From Scyliorhinus canicula (taxonomy: Eukaryota), in the NCBI RefSeq assembly GCF_902713615.1, contig NC_052152.1, forward strand, positions 37,733,810 through 37,797,809: 64,000 nucleotides of DNA. The letters are read 5' to 3'. The translations under genes and the position numbers were made by a program. Shown one piece after another: positions 13,199-25,649 of the stretch (within the stretch, counting starts at the first letter, position 1; each line of letters starts with the position of its first letter). Below the pieces are notes generated by a model that saw nothing but the letters and a program-made list of their open reading frames with translations, was not told the DNA's origin and did not search any database.

Positions 13199-13270
13199 CT
13201 TCAATGTCCCAGATCCATCCTGGCCAGCAGGTTGAGTTGACCCCCTACGTCTATCCATTTGGGGCAGCCA
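13199..13270 (-). CDS. Candidate second exon of the minus-strand gene (probably SENP7), encoding (WLPQ)MDRRRGSTQPAGQDGSGTLK
   Basis: Acceptor ...tgttcttgcacatag, donor AAG|gtacaa, 72 nt, open phase 0-0, ATG at 13258; MDRRR resembles the recalled human SENP7 start MDKRK; identity rests mainly on recalled SENP7-FAM172B synteny. Confidence 0.5.
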
Positions 13271-14369
13271 CTATGTGCAAGAACACAATTTTTAGAAATG
13301 TTTGAACAACAAGACAATTGCAAACATTGTTGTCAATATTTCTAAATGAAAAGAATTGAACCTGCGCTGCTGCTTTGTTCTGCATTACAAGCCAGCTGTT
13401 TAGCCTACTGTGCTAAACCAGCCCCTGCTACAGGGTAGTTTGAAGTAGAGAAATCAAACAGTGGCAATAAATGGGATTGACAAGATACTGTTGTTCCAGC
13501 GATGCGCTGGGCCCTTGGTAGGTATCGGTAAATGTAGTTTTTAAGAAAGATAAATATGAAGTGGCCTGTTTTCCAAAAAGAAATATTACCTAAAATAGCA
13601 AAAATTCTGCAAATAAAGTGGGAGGACTGTGGATGAACAAATGTACAAAATATCAGCTTACAACAAAACCAGTTTACGCCACAGAAACTTCTAAAAGCAG
13701 CTCCAGAGTTGAATAGATAGGAAGTTAGTGAAGATTCACTCAAAGTGAAACTTGAAGCACTAGTTGCACTTGCCGCATCTTGGTGATGGTAACACAGATG
13801 AATCCAAAATCTATACCAATCTTATTGATGCAAAATGAACAATGATTCATTAATAAATGAACACTCCAATTATCAAACTATAAACAAAATAGAATGTGCA
13901 TATATTCATATTTCCTATAATGTATCAATGGGCAACGATAAAAGTAGCAATCGGCACAAACATATTTTAAGTACGAGCAGTTGCTTCCTGAACATTTAAA
14001 TTTTCTGTTTATGTCTATTGAGGGGATACAAATCCCCTGTGGGTCTTCAGCAGAATCACTTTCAACACCCCCCCCCCCCCCCCCCCCCAAGAATTAAATT
14101 CTCCTGCGCAATTACTATTGGAATAACCCTGCATCATTATTAAAATAGTACTTAATGCCCAGAAGTACTTTAGTATTTGATACTCAGCCATAGGCACCCA
14201 AGAATCCCAATAGAATTGCTGAATGGGTGCCACAGGACTTTTGGGAAGCAGAATCTTGTTTTCCTGCACTAAATATTCAGGAATGGAGTATAAAAAAAGT
14301 GATACATCCATCCATTCTTCGTGGAAGCAGAAACATCCATCCCTTCTTAGTGGAAGCAGAAACAAATCA

Positions 14370-14890
14370 AGGTACACAACATGTTAAAAGGTATGGATAA
14401 AGTAGACGAGAAGCAGATGCTTCCTCTTGTGCGGCATTCTAAATCAAGAGGTCATAATCTTAGAATAAAAGAGATAGCAAATTTAAAAAAGATTTGAGGA
14501 GAAACTACTTCGCCCAAAAGGTTGTGAATCTGTGGAATTCGCTACCCCAGAGTGTGGTGGATGCAGGGACAGTGCGTAAATTTAAGGAGGAGTTAGACAG
14601 AGTTTTAATTGGTAATGAGTTGAAGGGTTATGGAGAACAGCAGGGCAGTGGAGTTGAGGCCAGGATGGGATCCGCCAGGATCACACTGAAGGTGTTGAGG
14701 CTCTGGAGGCTATATTGCCTACTCCTGCTCCTAGGTTATGCGATCTGGGGGGCTGATTTTGCAATCCAGCTCTTGGTCTGTCGCATGGTAGGTAGGTAAC
14801 AGATGAGAAACATATCAGCCATGATAGAATGGTGGAGCAGACTCAATTTGCCAAATGTCCTCATTCTGCTCCTATATCTTATGAACTTAT
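14370..14890 (+). mobile_element. Old CR1 3' fragments
   Basis: RRNYFAQKVVNLWNSLP motif (ORF 14494) and CR1-type 3'UTR. Confidence 0.75.
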
Positions 14891-15454
14891 GATATGTGCT
14901 TCAATAAGATACTATCTTAACTTTCGCTCCACACTCAAAAAAAGCATTTGTCGATGGATACAAGACAAAATAAAAACATCATAGCCCTAATGTCCACCAG
15001 ATTCAAAATTAAGAAATGTATTCACCTGTACAGTATATTCTAGAAATTAATGCACCCAGAGTTCATTCCCAGCTCAGGCAATAACCATAATCGCAGCAAC
15101 TTTGTAGCCTACATATCACTTAGATAGCTAAGCCTGACCTTATATCCTTTCCTCACGGAGATCATCTACTCCTACCTCTAACATTGCTGATCTCAGCCCC
15201 AATACAGCTCATTCGATTCAGGATTTTGTCACCTCCAGATTTATTTCAATGTCAACTTCTATTCGCCGCTCTCCATAAACGTCAGCTCAACTAAAACCCC
15301 GTTTCCTGCATCCTATTGAACAAACGTTCCCATTACGTAGTTTTACTTTCTTTCACTGGTTTTCCAATATGTCAAATTAAAAATTCTCACCTTCATATCA
15401 GACTGTTTGTCTGACATACAGCAGTGGAAGAGCTGATGTTTCCTTCAACTCAGT

Positions 15455-15945
15455 GTCAGTTGTGGCTCAGCTGGTAGCACAATTGCCTCCCAGTCAGAAG
15501 CATGCGACTCCAGGATTTCAGCACAATAATCAAGGCTGACTCCAAAGCTGCACAACGGTAGTGTTGCACTGTTGATAATGCCATTTTCCTGGGAATCCTG
15601 GGAGCATCTGCATCAGATTGCCAGTGTCGGGAAAACTGTCCCCAATTAAGGGCCCAATAGACAATAAACCAAAGGTACTCTCGGCCTTCTTAGGTGGATG
15701 AAAAGAGCCCACAGCACTATTTTGAAATACATCAGGGTGTCATGACCATTATTTATCCCTCAAATCAACATCATAACAAAAAACAGACTATTTGGTCATT
15801 ATCATACTGTCATTTATGACAGCTTGCTGTGCGCTATTTGGCTGCTACATTTCCAACTAGTGCCTATACTTCAAAAATATTTCACTGTGATTTGGGATGC
15901 CTTGGGGTCAAGAAAAAAGATATTGAAATGCAAGCAATTCTTTTA
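15455..15945 (+). mobile_element. Ancient Deu-domain-type SINE (SacSINE/AmnSINE-like) among L2 remnants (~15100-16250)
   Basis: tRNA-like head GTGGCTCAGCTGGTAGCAC; core ATTTATCCCTCAAATCAACATC...GTCATTATC...CTTGCTGTGCGC; an antisense relative at ~54740-55000. Confidence 0.55.
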
Positions 15946-17984
15946 TTTTAATATTGAGAGTTAATCCATTGTTTTTGTTCCTCATTACAAACTCCATCCC
16001 TTTCCCAGGCAACTGTCCAAGCTAAACCAAATTGCTTGAAACCTTGGTGTCAACTTTGATTCCAATATGAGATTCTGGCCATATTCACAGCAACAAAACA
16101 GCCTATTTCCACCTATTTAACATTCCCTAGTTCTAACATTCCCTGTCTCAGTTCATTGTCTGCTAAAACTTTCATCTATGCTTTTGTCCCCTCTAGATTT
16201 GACTGTTCCAATGCACAACTGGATCACATTACCATCTATTAACCTACGCTCACCCAAGCACTGTAATACAAGGGAAATAATGCTGACACCTCTGGTACCA
16301 AAACATCTCATCTGCAAATGGCAACACCATGGCAAAAAATAAAAGAGATTTGTCTTTTCAAAACCATGAACCTCTTCTTGGTCTGATCGGGTGATTTTCA
16401 AAGCACCAGCACAATTTAATATATAAACACGCTATTACACTGCACTTTTGATAAGAGCATTGCTGTAAATCATTAGGAATTCAAAAATTCCACTCTCCAC
16501 ACATCCTCAAACCATGAATTGCAATTATTTTAAAACAGAAGGTTGCCAGAGAGGTGGGCATGGATTATGTACCATTATATTTGCTTTCACAAACAAATAA
16601 AGCCTGCCAGACTGTGGAAGGACTCTGGACTGCATCTCACCCCAAAGTACTGAGCTGGAAAATACACCTGAAAAATTCTAAGCATTTAACAACTATTGCC
16701 TAAAATTCTATCTTTGTACAAAAGTATTACATTTATTTTTAAATATTATTTTGAGAATTCAATTACTGTTACAATGGATATCACAAAAATACTGTGAAAC
16801 TGAAGATGCTTTAGTCAACTCACCCTAATTTCAAAACAATATTGCCTCGAAACAATGGTGTCAAAAAGGTATCAAGTTGTACATTCAAAACTAAATAACA
16901 TAATCCAGTTCATAGAATATTAACGTTTAATTTTCATGAACAATTTTACTCATTTGTCAAGAATTCACTTCCAAGTGACTTTGGTGACTTTTCTCTTATT
17001 GGTCACCCCTGTGACCAAAGTGTCACTGAATTGTCCTGGACTTTTTGGGGGGAGGGAGCAGACTCGAGGGGCGAGTGGCCTAATTCTGTTCCTATGTTTT
17101 ATGATCTTAATTGAGGACAGTTTTACTGCCGCTGGCTGTCTTATTCGTCCACTGTCCCATGCAGTTTGGATCTTGGGAGTGCCCACATCAGATTGCCAGC
17201 ATCAGGAAAACTGTCCCCAACTAAGGGCCCAATCCAGGATGTCAATTAGGCTCATTAATGAATCAAAGGACATCGACTCTCCCGAGACCAAGGCACTTCA
17301 CTGCTAGCTTGGGGATTAAATGGGAGCTACATGTACCTCCTGCACCTCCCAAAGACTACACACCCACCCTTGGGTTTGTCAGCAGCTCCCTCAGTGCCTA
17401 ATCGAGGAACTCAATATCGAGGGGCCAGGAGTGCACTGAAAGCCTCTCCAAAGCCCTTTCTTTTCATCCCCTTCAAATCAACTTTGGTCGCAAATCCCTC
17501 AATGATCCTGGGCCCAGGGTGCTGATGGCTAATCAGAGTCCTGCAGCTCTTGGCCAGCAGGCAGGCAGTCCCCCCAGTCCCCACTCCTGTAGATAGTGGC
17601 CAATTAAGTCCGTCATGGGCACTTCATCCCATATAGCTACCCCCATAGAAGTTTCAGGGGTTCCCCAATGGTTCTCCAATCATGGGCAAGACTCCGGTCA
17701 GGTCCATTAAAGCCCGCCAAATGTTTCAGGTTGATGATAACCTGAAAAATTAACTTTTTTCTCTGTACAGCTGCTGCGTGACCTGCTGAGTATTTCCTGC
17801 ATTTTATTTTAGATTTCCAGCATTTGCAGTACTTTCTTTTGTAAAAGTACATGTGATGTTTAGTATTTTTCTGCTCACCCTTCAAATCAATACCCTGTCT
17901 TTCTGATCCCAACTTAAATATTAACAACTTTTCAGGAACTTTGCACCGGCTTCGACCCATCGCATTAAATTTCTGTAGCACTTC

Positions 17985-18255
17985 AATAATAATAACCTTT
18001 ATTAGTGTGACAAGTAGGCTTTCGTCAACACTGCAATGAAGTTACTGTGAAAATCCCCAAGTCACCACACTCCAGCGCCTGTTCGGGTACACAGAGTGAG
18101 AATTCAGAATGTCCAATTCACCTAACAAGCAGTCTTTCGGGACTTGCGGGAGGAAACCGGAGCATCCGGAAGAAACCCACGCTGACACAGGGAGAACGTG
18201 CAGACTCCCTGGCACTGTGAAGCAATAGTGCTAACCACTGTGCTACCGTGCCGTC
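17985..18255 (-). mobile_element. SINE with GTCACACTAATAAAG-(TTA)n tail
   Basis: Same family as 8871-9131, 10727-10926, 51230-52035 and 60930-61190. Confidence 0.8.
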
Positions 18256-19129
18256 CGATATAATTTCACCTTGTTCAGGAGAGTGTTGTTACATAGACAG
18301 AGATACATACAGTGCAGGAGGCCATTCAGCCCATCGAGTCTGCACTGACCTACTCAAGCCGTCACTTCCACCCTAGCCCCATAACCCAATAACCCCTCCT
18401 CACCTTTTTGGACACGAAGGGCAGTTTAGCATGGCCAATCTACCTAACCTGCACGTCTTTGGACTGTGGGAGGAAGCCACAGTGCTAGCCACGTGTGCTA
18501 CCCCTTATGAAACAACATATCATCTGAGTCACTGTCAGAAATGCCACATACAAGACGGTGTTACAACAAATAATATTTCAAGTCAAATTCCAATCCAGTG
18601 TACATCTACAGAATTCTTGAACAAGGCAACCTAATTAAAATTAAAGGACTGCGATTTCTAGGTATATTTGTTCACCCAACGCAAACTAAGAAATCACATG
18701 AAAAGACAATTTTGACTGTGTATTTCCTACCTCTTGGTGGAGGGTTTTTTGTTTTGCATGATGCATGATCCAAGTGAATGAGAAACAGTCGAAAATAAGT
18801 TTCAGGGTTGTTTTGGGAGTCTCCAAACTCTAATGGTGGGTTGTATGTCATACCTTTGCTAAGCAAGGCTGATTGATGCTGATTCCCCCTCCCTGCCGGA
18901 GGAGGATTTACATTCGTACAGATCTCCCAGCAGCAAAAACAAAACAAAACAAGGTGCAGTCGACTCGCTTCAACGCCTAAACCAAACTGCAAACACCCAA
19001 AATAATGTGTTTTTTTTTTAAACAACCAGGGAGGAGATTAGCACTCACCTGAAGAGAGGGATTCCCAGGGAAATATGTGACTTGGATTGGGGAAACTTAT
19101 TGGTTTTTTAAAAAAAGGTAAAACACAAA

Positions 19130-19760
19130 CAAATAACCGGGAGGGGGCTCGCAGCTTTCAATCCGTCAGCTGGCAGGAAACTCGGTAACGGTCACAGCAA
19201 CACAGGCCGAGGGCGCCCACTGCCCGGGCCGGGCGCGGAGACAGGCCCAGGCCGAGCTAGGCCAGGCCAGGACCAGCCACCTCTCTGCCCCCCTACGCCG
19301 CCTGACAGAGCCAAGGGCCTGAGCCTTGGCTGCCCGATTATTCTCTAACAAGGTAGCGCCTCCCCCAGGGGGCCTCTCGGTTTCCGCCTCCTCTCCCAGG
19401 GCAGGAAGGAAAGAATCGGCATGGCAACGGAAGGGGAGGAGCAACAGGACACTTCAAAAAAAACCTTCCAGGTCTCCGAGGCCACGAAAAGTCGAGTTTA
19501 AAACACAGACACACACAACTTCCTCCACCCCCCTCACCCCGGGAGAGGGCATGGTGAAGGCCGCAGCGCCCAAACAGAGCCGGGCCTGTCTGTCCGCCAT
19601 CCTCCGGCCTGGCGCAGCTCTCCAATGGGCCCGATTGGTCCTTGGAAAATCAGTCAGGATTTACTCGCCGTGCGGGGAAACTGGGGAAAGGAGTCGGTAA
19701 GCGGGTCCCCGTAGGCGGGCTCGGCGGTTTTCGGACAGTGTGGTGTGGACACGGATTTTC
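19130..19760. promoter_or_regulatory. CpG island, probable bidirectional promoter
   Basis: Sharp GC/CpG enrichment; CCAAT (19622) and ATTGG (19634) boxes; YY1-like CCGCCATC at ~19594; splice donors leaving in both directions (minus at 19538 and 19049, plus at 19696). Confidence 0.8.
19538..19600 (-). CDS. Candidate coding first exon MADRQARLCLGAAAFTMPSPG of the minus-strand gene (probably SENP7)
   Basis: AGGATGG Kozak context, 63 nt, donor GGG|gtgagg, in frame with the exon at 13199-13270. Confidence 0.4.
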
Positions 19761-19779
19761 AAAGAGCCACACTTCAGAC

Positions 19780-20705
19780 TGTTAGAGAAGCTGTAGCTCA
19801 TGGAATAAAAAGGGAGTCGCAGCAACGTGGATGTGCATGAAAAATAAGTAGCAGAGAGTAATGGTAAATGGATATTTTTCAGGCTGGAGGAAGGTTTGTA
19901 GTGAGGATCCCCTTGTCAGTATTGGGTTCCTTGCTTTTCCTGAATAACTTGGGAAGGATAAACTATGAAGAGGACAGTGCAAACGCCAAAAGGACAAAAA
20001 CAGGTTGGTGGCAGGTGAAGTTCAGCGTGGAAAAGTGTGAGGTGATGCATTTTAGTAGGAAGAACATGGTAGGGGGTAAAATTCTGATGAGGATGCAGGC
20101 TCCTGGGTGTACATGTGCATAAATCATCGAAGGTGGCAGGATAGAAAGCAGTTAGTGAAGCACAAAGCATTCTGGCTTCAATTAATTGGGACACTGAGTT
20201 CAAGAACTAGTTAGACCTCTGATGGAGTATTGTGTACAGTTCTGAGCACCACAAATGCTTTGGAGGGGGTGCAGAAGATGCTATAATAAAATAAGGGATA
20301 AGAAACTTATGAAAATAGATTAGAACAGTTCTCCTTGGAGAGAAGGAGACCAAGAAGGAATTTGATAGATATTCAAAATCATCATGGGCTCAGAGTAGAT
20401 ATAGATAAACTGTTCCTGCTCATAAAACCATGATTTTAAGTGATTTGCAAGAGAAGTTAAATGCAATGAGAGAGAAAAAACTTCACAGTGAGTGGTTTGG
20501 GTCTCAAATGCTCTGCCTGGAAAGGTGGTGGAGGCAGGTTCAATCAAAGCTTTCAAGAGGGCAGTAGATGATGGAATAGAAACAAATGCTGAAGGGTACA
20601 GGGAAAATTCAAGGGAATGGCACCAAGTCATGATGGTCGTTTGGAGAACCGGTGCAGACATGATGAACCAAATTACCTCTTTCTGCACCATAAAAATTTT
20701 GTGAA
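19780..20705 (+). mobile_element. Degraded CR1 RT/3' fragment
   Basis: WQVKFSVEKCEVMHF-like and WNALPGKVVEAG-like peptides. Confidence 0.7.
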
Positions 20706-21639
20706 AAGATGACTCTGGGCATATAGAAGGGTTCAAAAAGGCATGCAACTAGCAAGATTGTGCAAACTGTGTACCTTGGCTGGTGTTTTATCATTTACCT
20801 TATAATACTTGTGATGTTGCCAGGGGATCGTGAAAGATAGGGTGCAATAGTTCATATTGTTGTCCAAATACCAAACACTGGGTATTTGGAACACTGGAAC
20901 AAATTTAAAGGTCTTCAGATACCCAGCAAAACCAAAAAGAAAGGATTCAATCATAGAATTTACAGTGCAGAAGGAGGCCATTCGGCCCATATAGAGTCTA
21001 CCGGCTCCTGGAAAGAGCACCCTACCCAAGGTCAACACCTCCACCCTATCCCCATAACCCAGTAACCCCACCCAACACTAAGGGCATTTTTGGACACTAA
21101 GGGCAATTTATCATGGCCAATCCACCTAACCGCACACACGGGGAGGATGTGCAGACTCCACACAGTGACCCAAGCCGGAATCGAACCTGGGACCCTGGAG
21201 CTGTGAAGCAATTGTGCTATCCACAATGCTACCGTGCTGCCCCTTTTGAGCAGAATACATCCCTACTTAAATCTTTCCCAGGGAAACTCAACATAGTACA
21301 GGTTCTCATACAAGCCAAAGTTCAGTCCAAATCAGGATTTTCATCAAGTCTAAGGTCAGCAGCATACCAGCACCTTCCTTGTATTCACCAAGCAGGGCTT
21401 GGTGCTCTGCTTATGTAGTCTAGTAAGGCTACACAGCTGATCCCCATTGCACTGATTCTTGAAGGATTTTCCATCAGTCTGCCATATGACTTCCAGGTTG
21501 ACTTCCTGTGGCCATCTTGGGTGGGGAAACTGTCTAGTAACTGAAGAATCTCATGAGAAAAGTACTGACTTGCAGCACACAGCCCCTGGTGACACCACAT
21601 ACTACGTGGTGCAAGATAGCTAGCAACCATTTATTAATG

Positions 21640-23170
21640 TCAAGGTGCAACTGCTTCCAATAGGAAGTCACTTTGGAACAGAAATTAGAAGTGCCATGAT
21701 GCAATGGCGCTTAGAAGGCGGCAACCATAATAAGTTAACTTGAGCTTCTGTTAATGATGATGTGCACCATCAAGAAAAACAAAGATTAGGATAAAGACTA
21801 GTGGCCAGACAAAACAGCACACCTCACCCCCAGTCAATTAAAATCAACAGTGAGATCCTGGAAAATGTGAACAATTTTCCATAGCTTGGCAGATTTGTCT
21901 TGACAAAGGCAGACATATATGACAAATTCATCATCGGGGGAGGTGGAAGCAGGGACGATAGTGATGTTTAAGGGGCATCTTGACAAATACATGAATAGGA
22001 TGGGAATAGAAGTATACGGACCCCAGAAATGTAGAAGATTTTAGTTTAGACGGGCAGCATGGTCGGCGCAGGCTTGGAGTGCTGAAGGGCCTGTTCCTGT
22101 GCTGTACTTTTTCTTTGTTTTTTGGGTCCTACGTGCCAGCTCAGCCTTTGGCCAAATGAGGACAAGAGTATTTGAGGACAGGATCTCAAATCCAAAACTA
22201 AGATCATCAAGTAGCAGTTATCCCGGTGCTCATATATGCTTCAGAGATTTGGACAACCTGCAGCAGACACCTCTAAGCACTGGAGAAATAATACCAGTGG
22301 CTCCTTCACATGATCCTCCATCTGGTGGCAAGAAAAGTAATTCAACAGTAGCAACCTCTCCGAAGTGGGCATCAAAGTGCTAATCACTCAAAACTAGCTC
22401 CGCTGAGTGATACATGTCATTCAAATGCCTGACACCAGCCTCCTGCAGCAACTGCTCGACCCAGAACACAGCCATGGCAGGAGACTCCCAAGCCGATAGC
22501 AGAAACACTTTGGGGATGTTCTCAAAGCATCCCTGAAAAGACCAAACATACCTGTCAACTTATGGGAGCACTTGGCTTGTGACTAACCAAAATGGAAAAT
22601 GTTTATTCAGGAAGGCACTGAACACACAGAACATACAAACATAAAAATTTGAAGCAGGAATAGGCCACTCAACCCCTTGAGCCTGCTCCGTCATTCAATA
22701 ATATCATGGCTGATCTGATTGTAACTTCAAACCCATATTCCTGCCTACCCCAGATAACCTTGCACCTCACCCCCACCTTGTTAATGAAGAATCTATCTAG
22801 CTCTGCCTTAAAAATATTCCAAGGTTCTGCTTCCACTGCCGTTTGAGGAAGAGAAATCCAGACACTCACGACCCTCAGAGAAAGAATTTCTCCTCATTCC
22901 CGTGAAATGAGTGACTCTTTTTTAAACAATGACCCCCTAGTTCTAGTTTCTCCAACAACAGGAAACATCCTCTCCACATACATCCTGTCAATACCCCTCA
23001 GGATCTTAAAGGTTAATAAGAACTTATTCAACCTCAAAGTCGAGGCCTTGAAGTGAGTGCAAGAGCCTCCAAATAACTAATCTGCCCAATCTTTCAGGCA
23101 CCATCTGCCCCATGGGTTGCCAAGTCTGCAGACTTTGCTTTGGACTTACCAGCCATCTCAAATCCCATTG
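21640..23170 (+). mobile_element. Degraded RTE-like LINE fragment with embedded CR1 3' pieces (21935-22118 +, 22625-23012 -)
   Basis: Decayed RT C-terminal patterns (ASSAFG..RVF); CR1 3'UTR motifs. Confidence 0.5.
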
Positions 23171-23177
23171 AACCAGT

Positions 23178-24606
23178 ACAGAAGCAAGCCATACTTAATC
23201 CCAAAGAACTCAAGTAAGGGTGGCTAAAATGCACTCCTCTAAGTGCAATAAAGTATACCCAAACTGTGTGCAACATGTTAGAAACCATGGAGCGATTATG
23301 GAATGTGCGGATCAGGAACTGGAACCAAAGGATATGCCTGCTTATATGCTGAATACCCAAGAAAAAGTTAAGAGTTTGTTTAGCAACCTGGAGCAGCAAA
23401 AAGGTGGGCCTTCAATAGCATAAAACTTGTAAGATGTGTTTGGATTGATAGATTCGAGAGAGATATAGCCAAATGCAACAAAGGGTGAGTAGTGAAGATG
23501 TGAGTGCATGCAACGTGGTGCCCAGTAATTACTGTGCTGAGTTGAACGTCAACATTGACGAGGAAACCTGCACATCACAGAATATCTTTCATATGGATGA
23601 GACAGGCTTTTCTTTGGAAGAGAATGGCCAGCGGGACATTTGTTTCAACCAAAGAGAAAATGCACCAGGATTCAAGCCAGCTTGTTAGCCAGCTGCATTT
23701 TCACAGGGTGGCAGTGCAGAAGGTGACTTCAAGATTAAGCCTCTGTTCGTGGGCTACTCAGAAAATCCACAAGCAACAAAGGGTTACAGCAAAAGACACC
23801 AAGATAACATAGTGAAGCACTGACCAACAAGGAGCTGATGCAGTTTGAGCAGAAGCTAGCTATATCAGAGCAAGATGAAGAACAGGAGGAAGCATCTCAT
23901 AGCAAGCAAGCAACTAACATTGAAACATGTTGGAGACTTTCAAGTTCATTGAAGGAGAACTCAAACTTTCAAAGATAATGTTCCCTCATCAGGAAGACGT
24001 TTAAAAGTCAGGGAAGAGAATAAACCAGGGGCTGGTTTAGCACAAGGCTAAATCGCTGGCTTTGAAAGCAGACCAAGGCAGGCCAGCAGCACGGTTCGAT
24101 TCCCGTACCAGCCCCCCCCCGAACAGGTGCCGGAATGTGGCGACTAGGGGCTTTTCACAGTAACTTCATTTGAAGCCTACTCGTGACAATAAGCGATTTT
24201 CATTTTCAAAAGTGTCATCAGCTATCTATGAGGAGTCATACCAAGAAAAGCAAAAATATAAGGTGCAACAATATATTCAAATATTCTTCATACCTGCAAT
24301 TCACCACTTTGTTCAGATATACAGGTACAAAAAAGTGAGGTAGAAGAAAATCCACTTCACGAATAGGGAGTGCCAATTATTTTTGTGAATTATGCATTTT
24401 GTGGATTGTGTTTTGTTAATTTCTGACTCTAAATAAAATGTATTTCACGTTTAGGTTACATACTGGAGTCAAAATCTTGGGTTGGGAGCGTATATTTTGA
24501 TAGTTTGACATTTATGGGAACGCTTGTTCTGATACAAGTAATTTTTATTTCAGTAATTGTTTCCAGGAATATATCCACTACTTAAATTGGGGTGTTCCTA
24601 TATTGT
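23178..24606 (+). mobile_element. Fossil pogo/Tigger-type DNA transposon
   Basis: Transposase remnants IFHMDETG and APGFKPA in ORF 23473; many stops and frameshifts; SINE inserted at 24028. Confidence 0.6.
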
Positions 24607-25649
24607 ACATTACATTTTCCTGCCCTTATTCATCTAACCCCAGCAACATATACTATTCTTTTCTCCCTCGTGTACTTGTCTAACTTCCTTCCTCTGTGCT
24701 GTTTACCTCAGCTATGATTTGTGGCAGCATACTAACCTCTCTGGGTAAAGTCGCTCCTGACTTTCCGATTAGATTTATCAATGACTCTCTTATTTATGGC
24801 CTTGAGGTTTTTTTTTTTAAATTTTGAGTACCCAATTCTTTTTTTCCCCAATTAAGGGGCAATTTAGCAAGGTAATTCACCTGCCCTGCACAGACAGGGG
24901 GAAATGCACAAAATTCACATGGACACTGACCCAAGGCCAGGATCAAACCCAGGTCCTCAGCACCATGAGACAACAATGCTACCTACTGTGCCACCGTGCT
25001 ACACCTGGTCTGGAGTTCTGCTTTCGACGATTTTCTTCACGTCTCCTGACAATCCTATTCACTATCTTATTTTGAGAAATTTCACTTTGTTGTCTGCAAA
25101 GCACTTTGGGCTGTATTAATGTAGTCTTTCTTTCTTTTTTCCCTCTTAAAGACCTGTACCAGGTCATCCTCTTGACTTTTTTTTAAAGCATACAGCCCCA
25201 GCTGTTCATTCTTTCCAGGGTATGCTGCCAAGAAAATAATATGTTGTAATCAAACATAATTCTCCATGGCTAGATCAGCTGTCAATACCAGAATGATTTT
25301 TTTTTAAAGAAAAGGCAGACAGCAGCCATAAAGAGTACCTTTAAAAAATCAGCACCATCAATTGGAATGAGAAAAAGCTGATCAGTTTTTTTTCCAGCAG
25401 ATGAAAGCCATTTGACGAATTACTAAGAAGATAAAGAGAAAACACAACGAGATACTGCAGTACAATACAGGACCTGACCAGCTTGAGGCCATGCAGTATG
25501 GGGCCTACAAAGGTCCAGAAGGAGGAGCAGGAGTGCCAAGGAGCAGCAAGAGCACCAGGGACCCGACCTGGGCATGGCCAAGCAGCGCGGGGCCTAGTTC
25601 TGTCGAAGATCAATTGGATCCTTCTATTGGAAAGAGCAGTGGATTTCAC

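Noticed and set aside
19166-19700. Overlapping 92-124 aa ORFs in the CpG island
   Set aside because: Expected by chance in GC-rich, stop-poor promoter DNA
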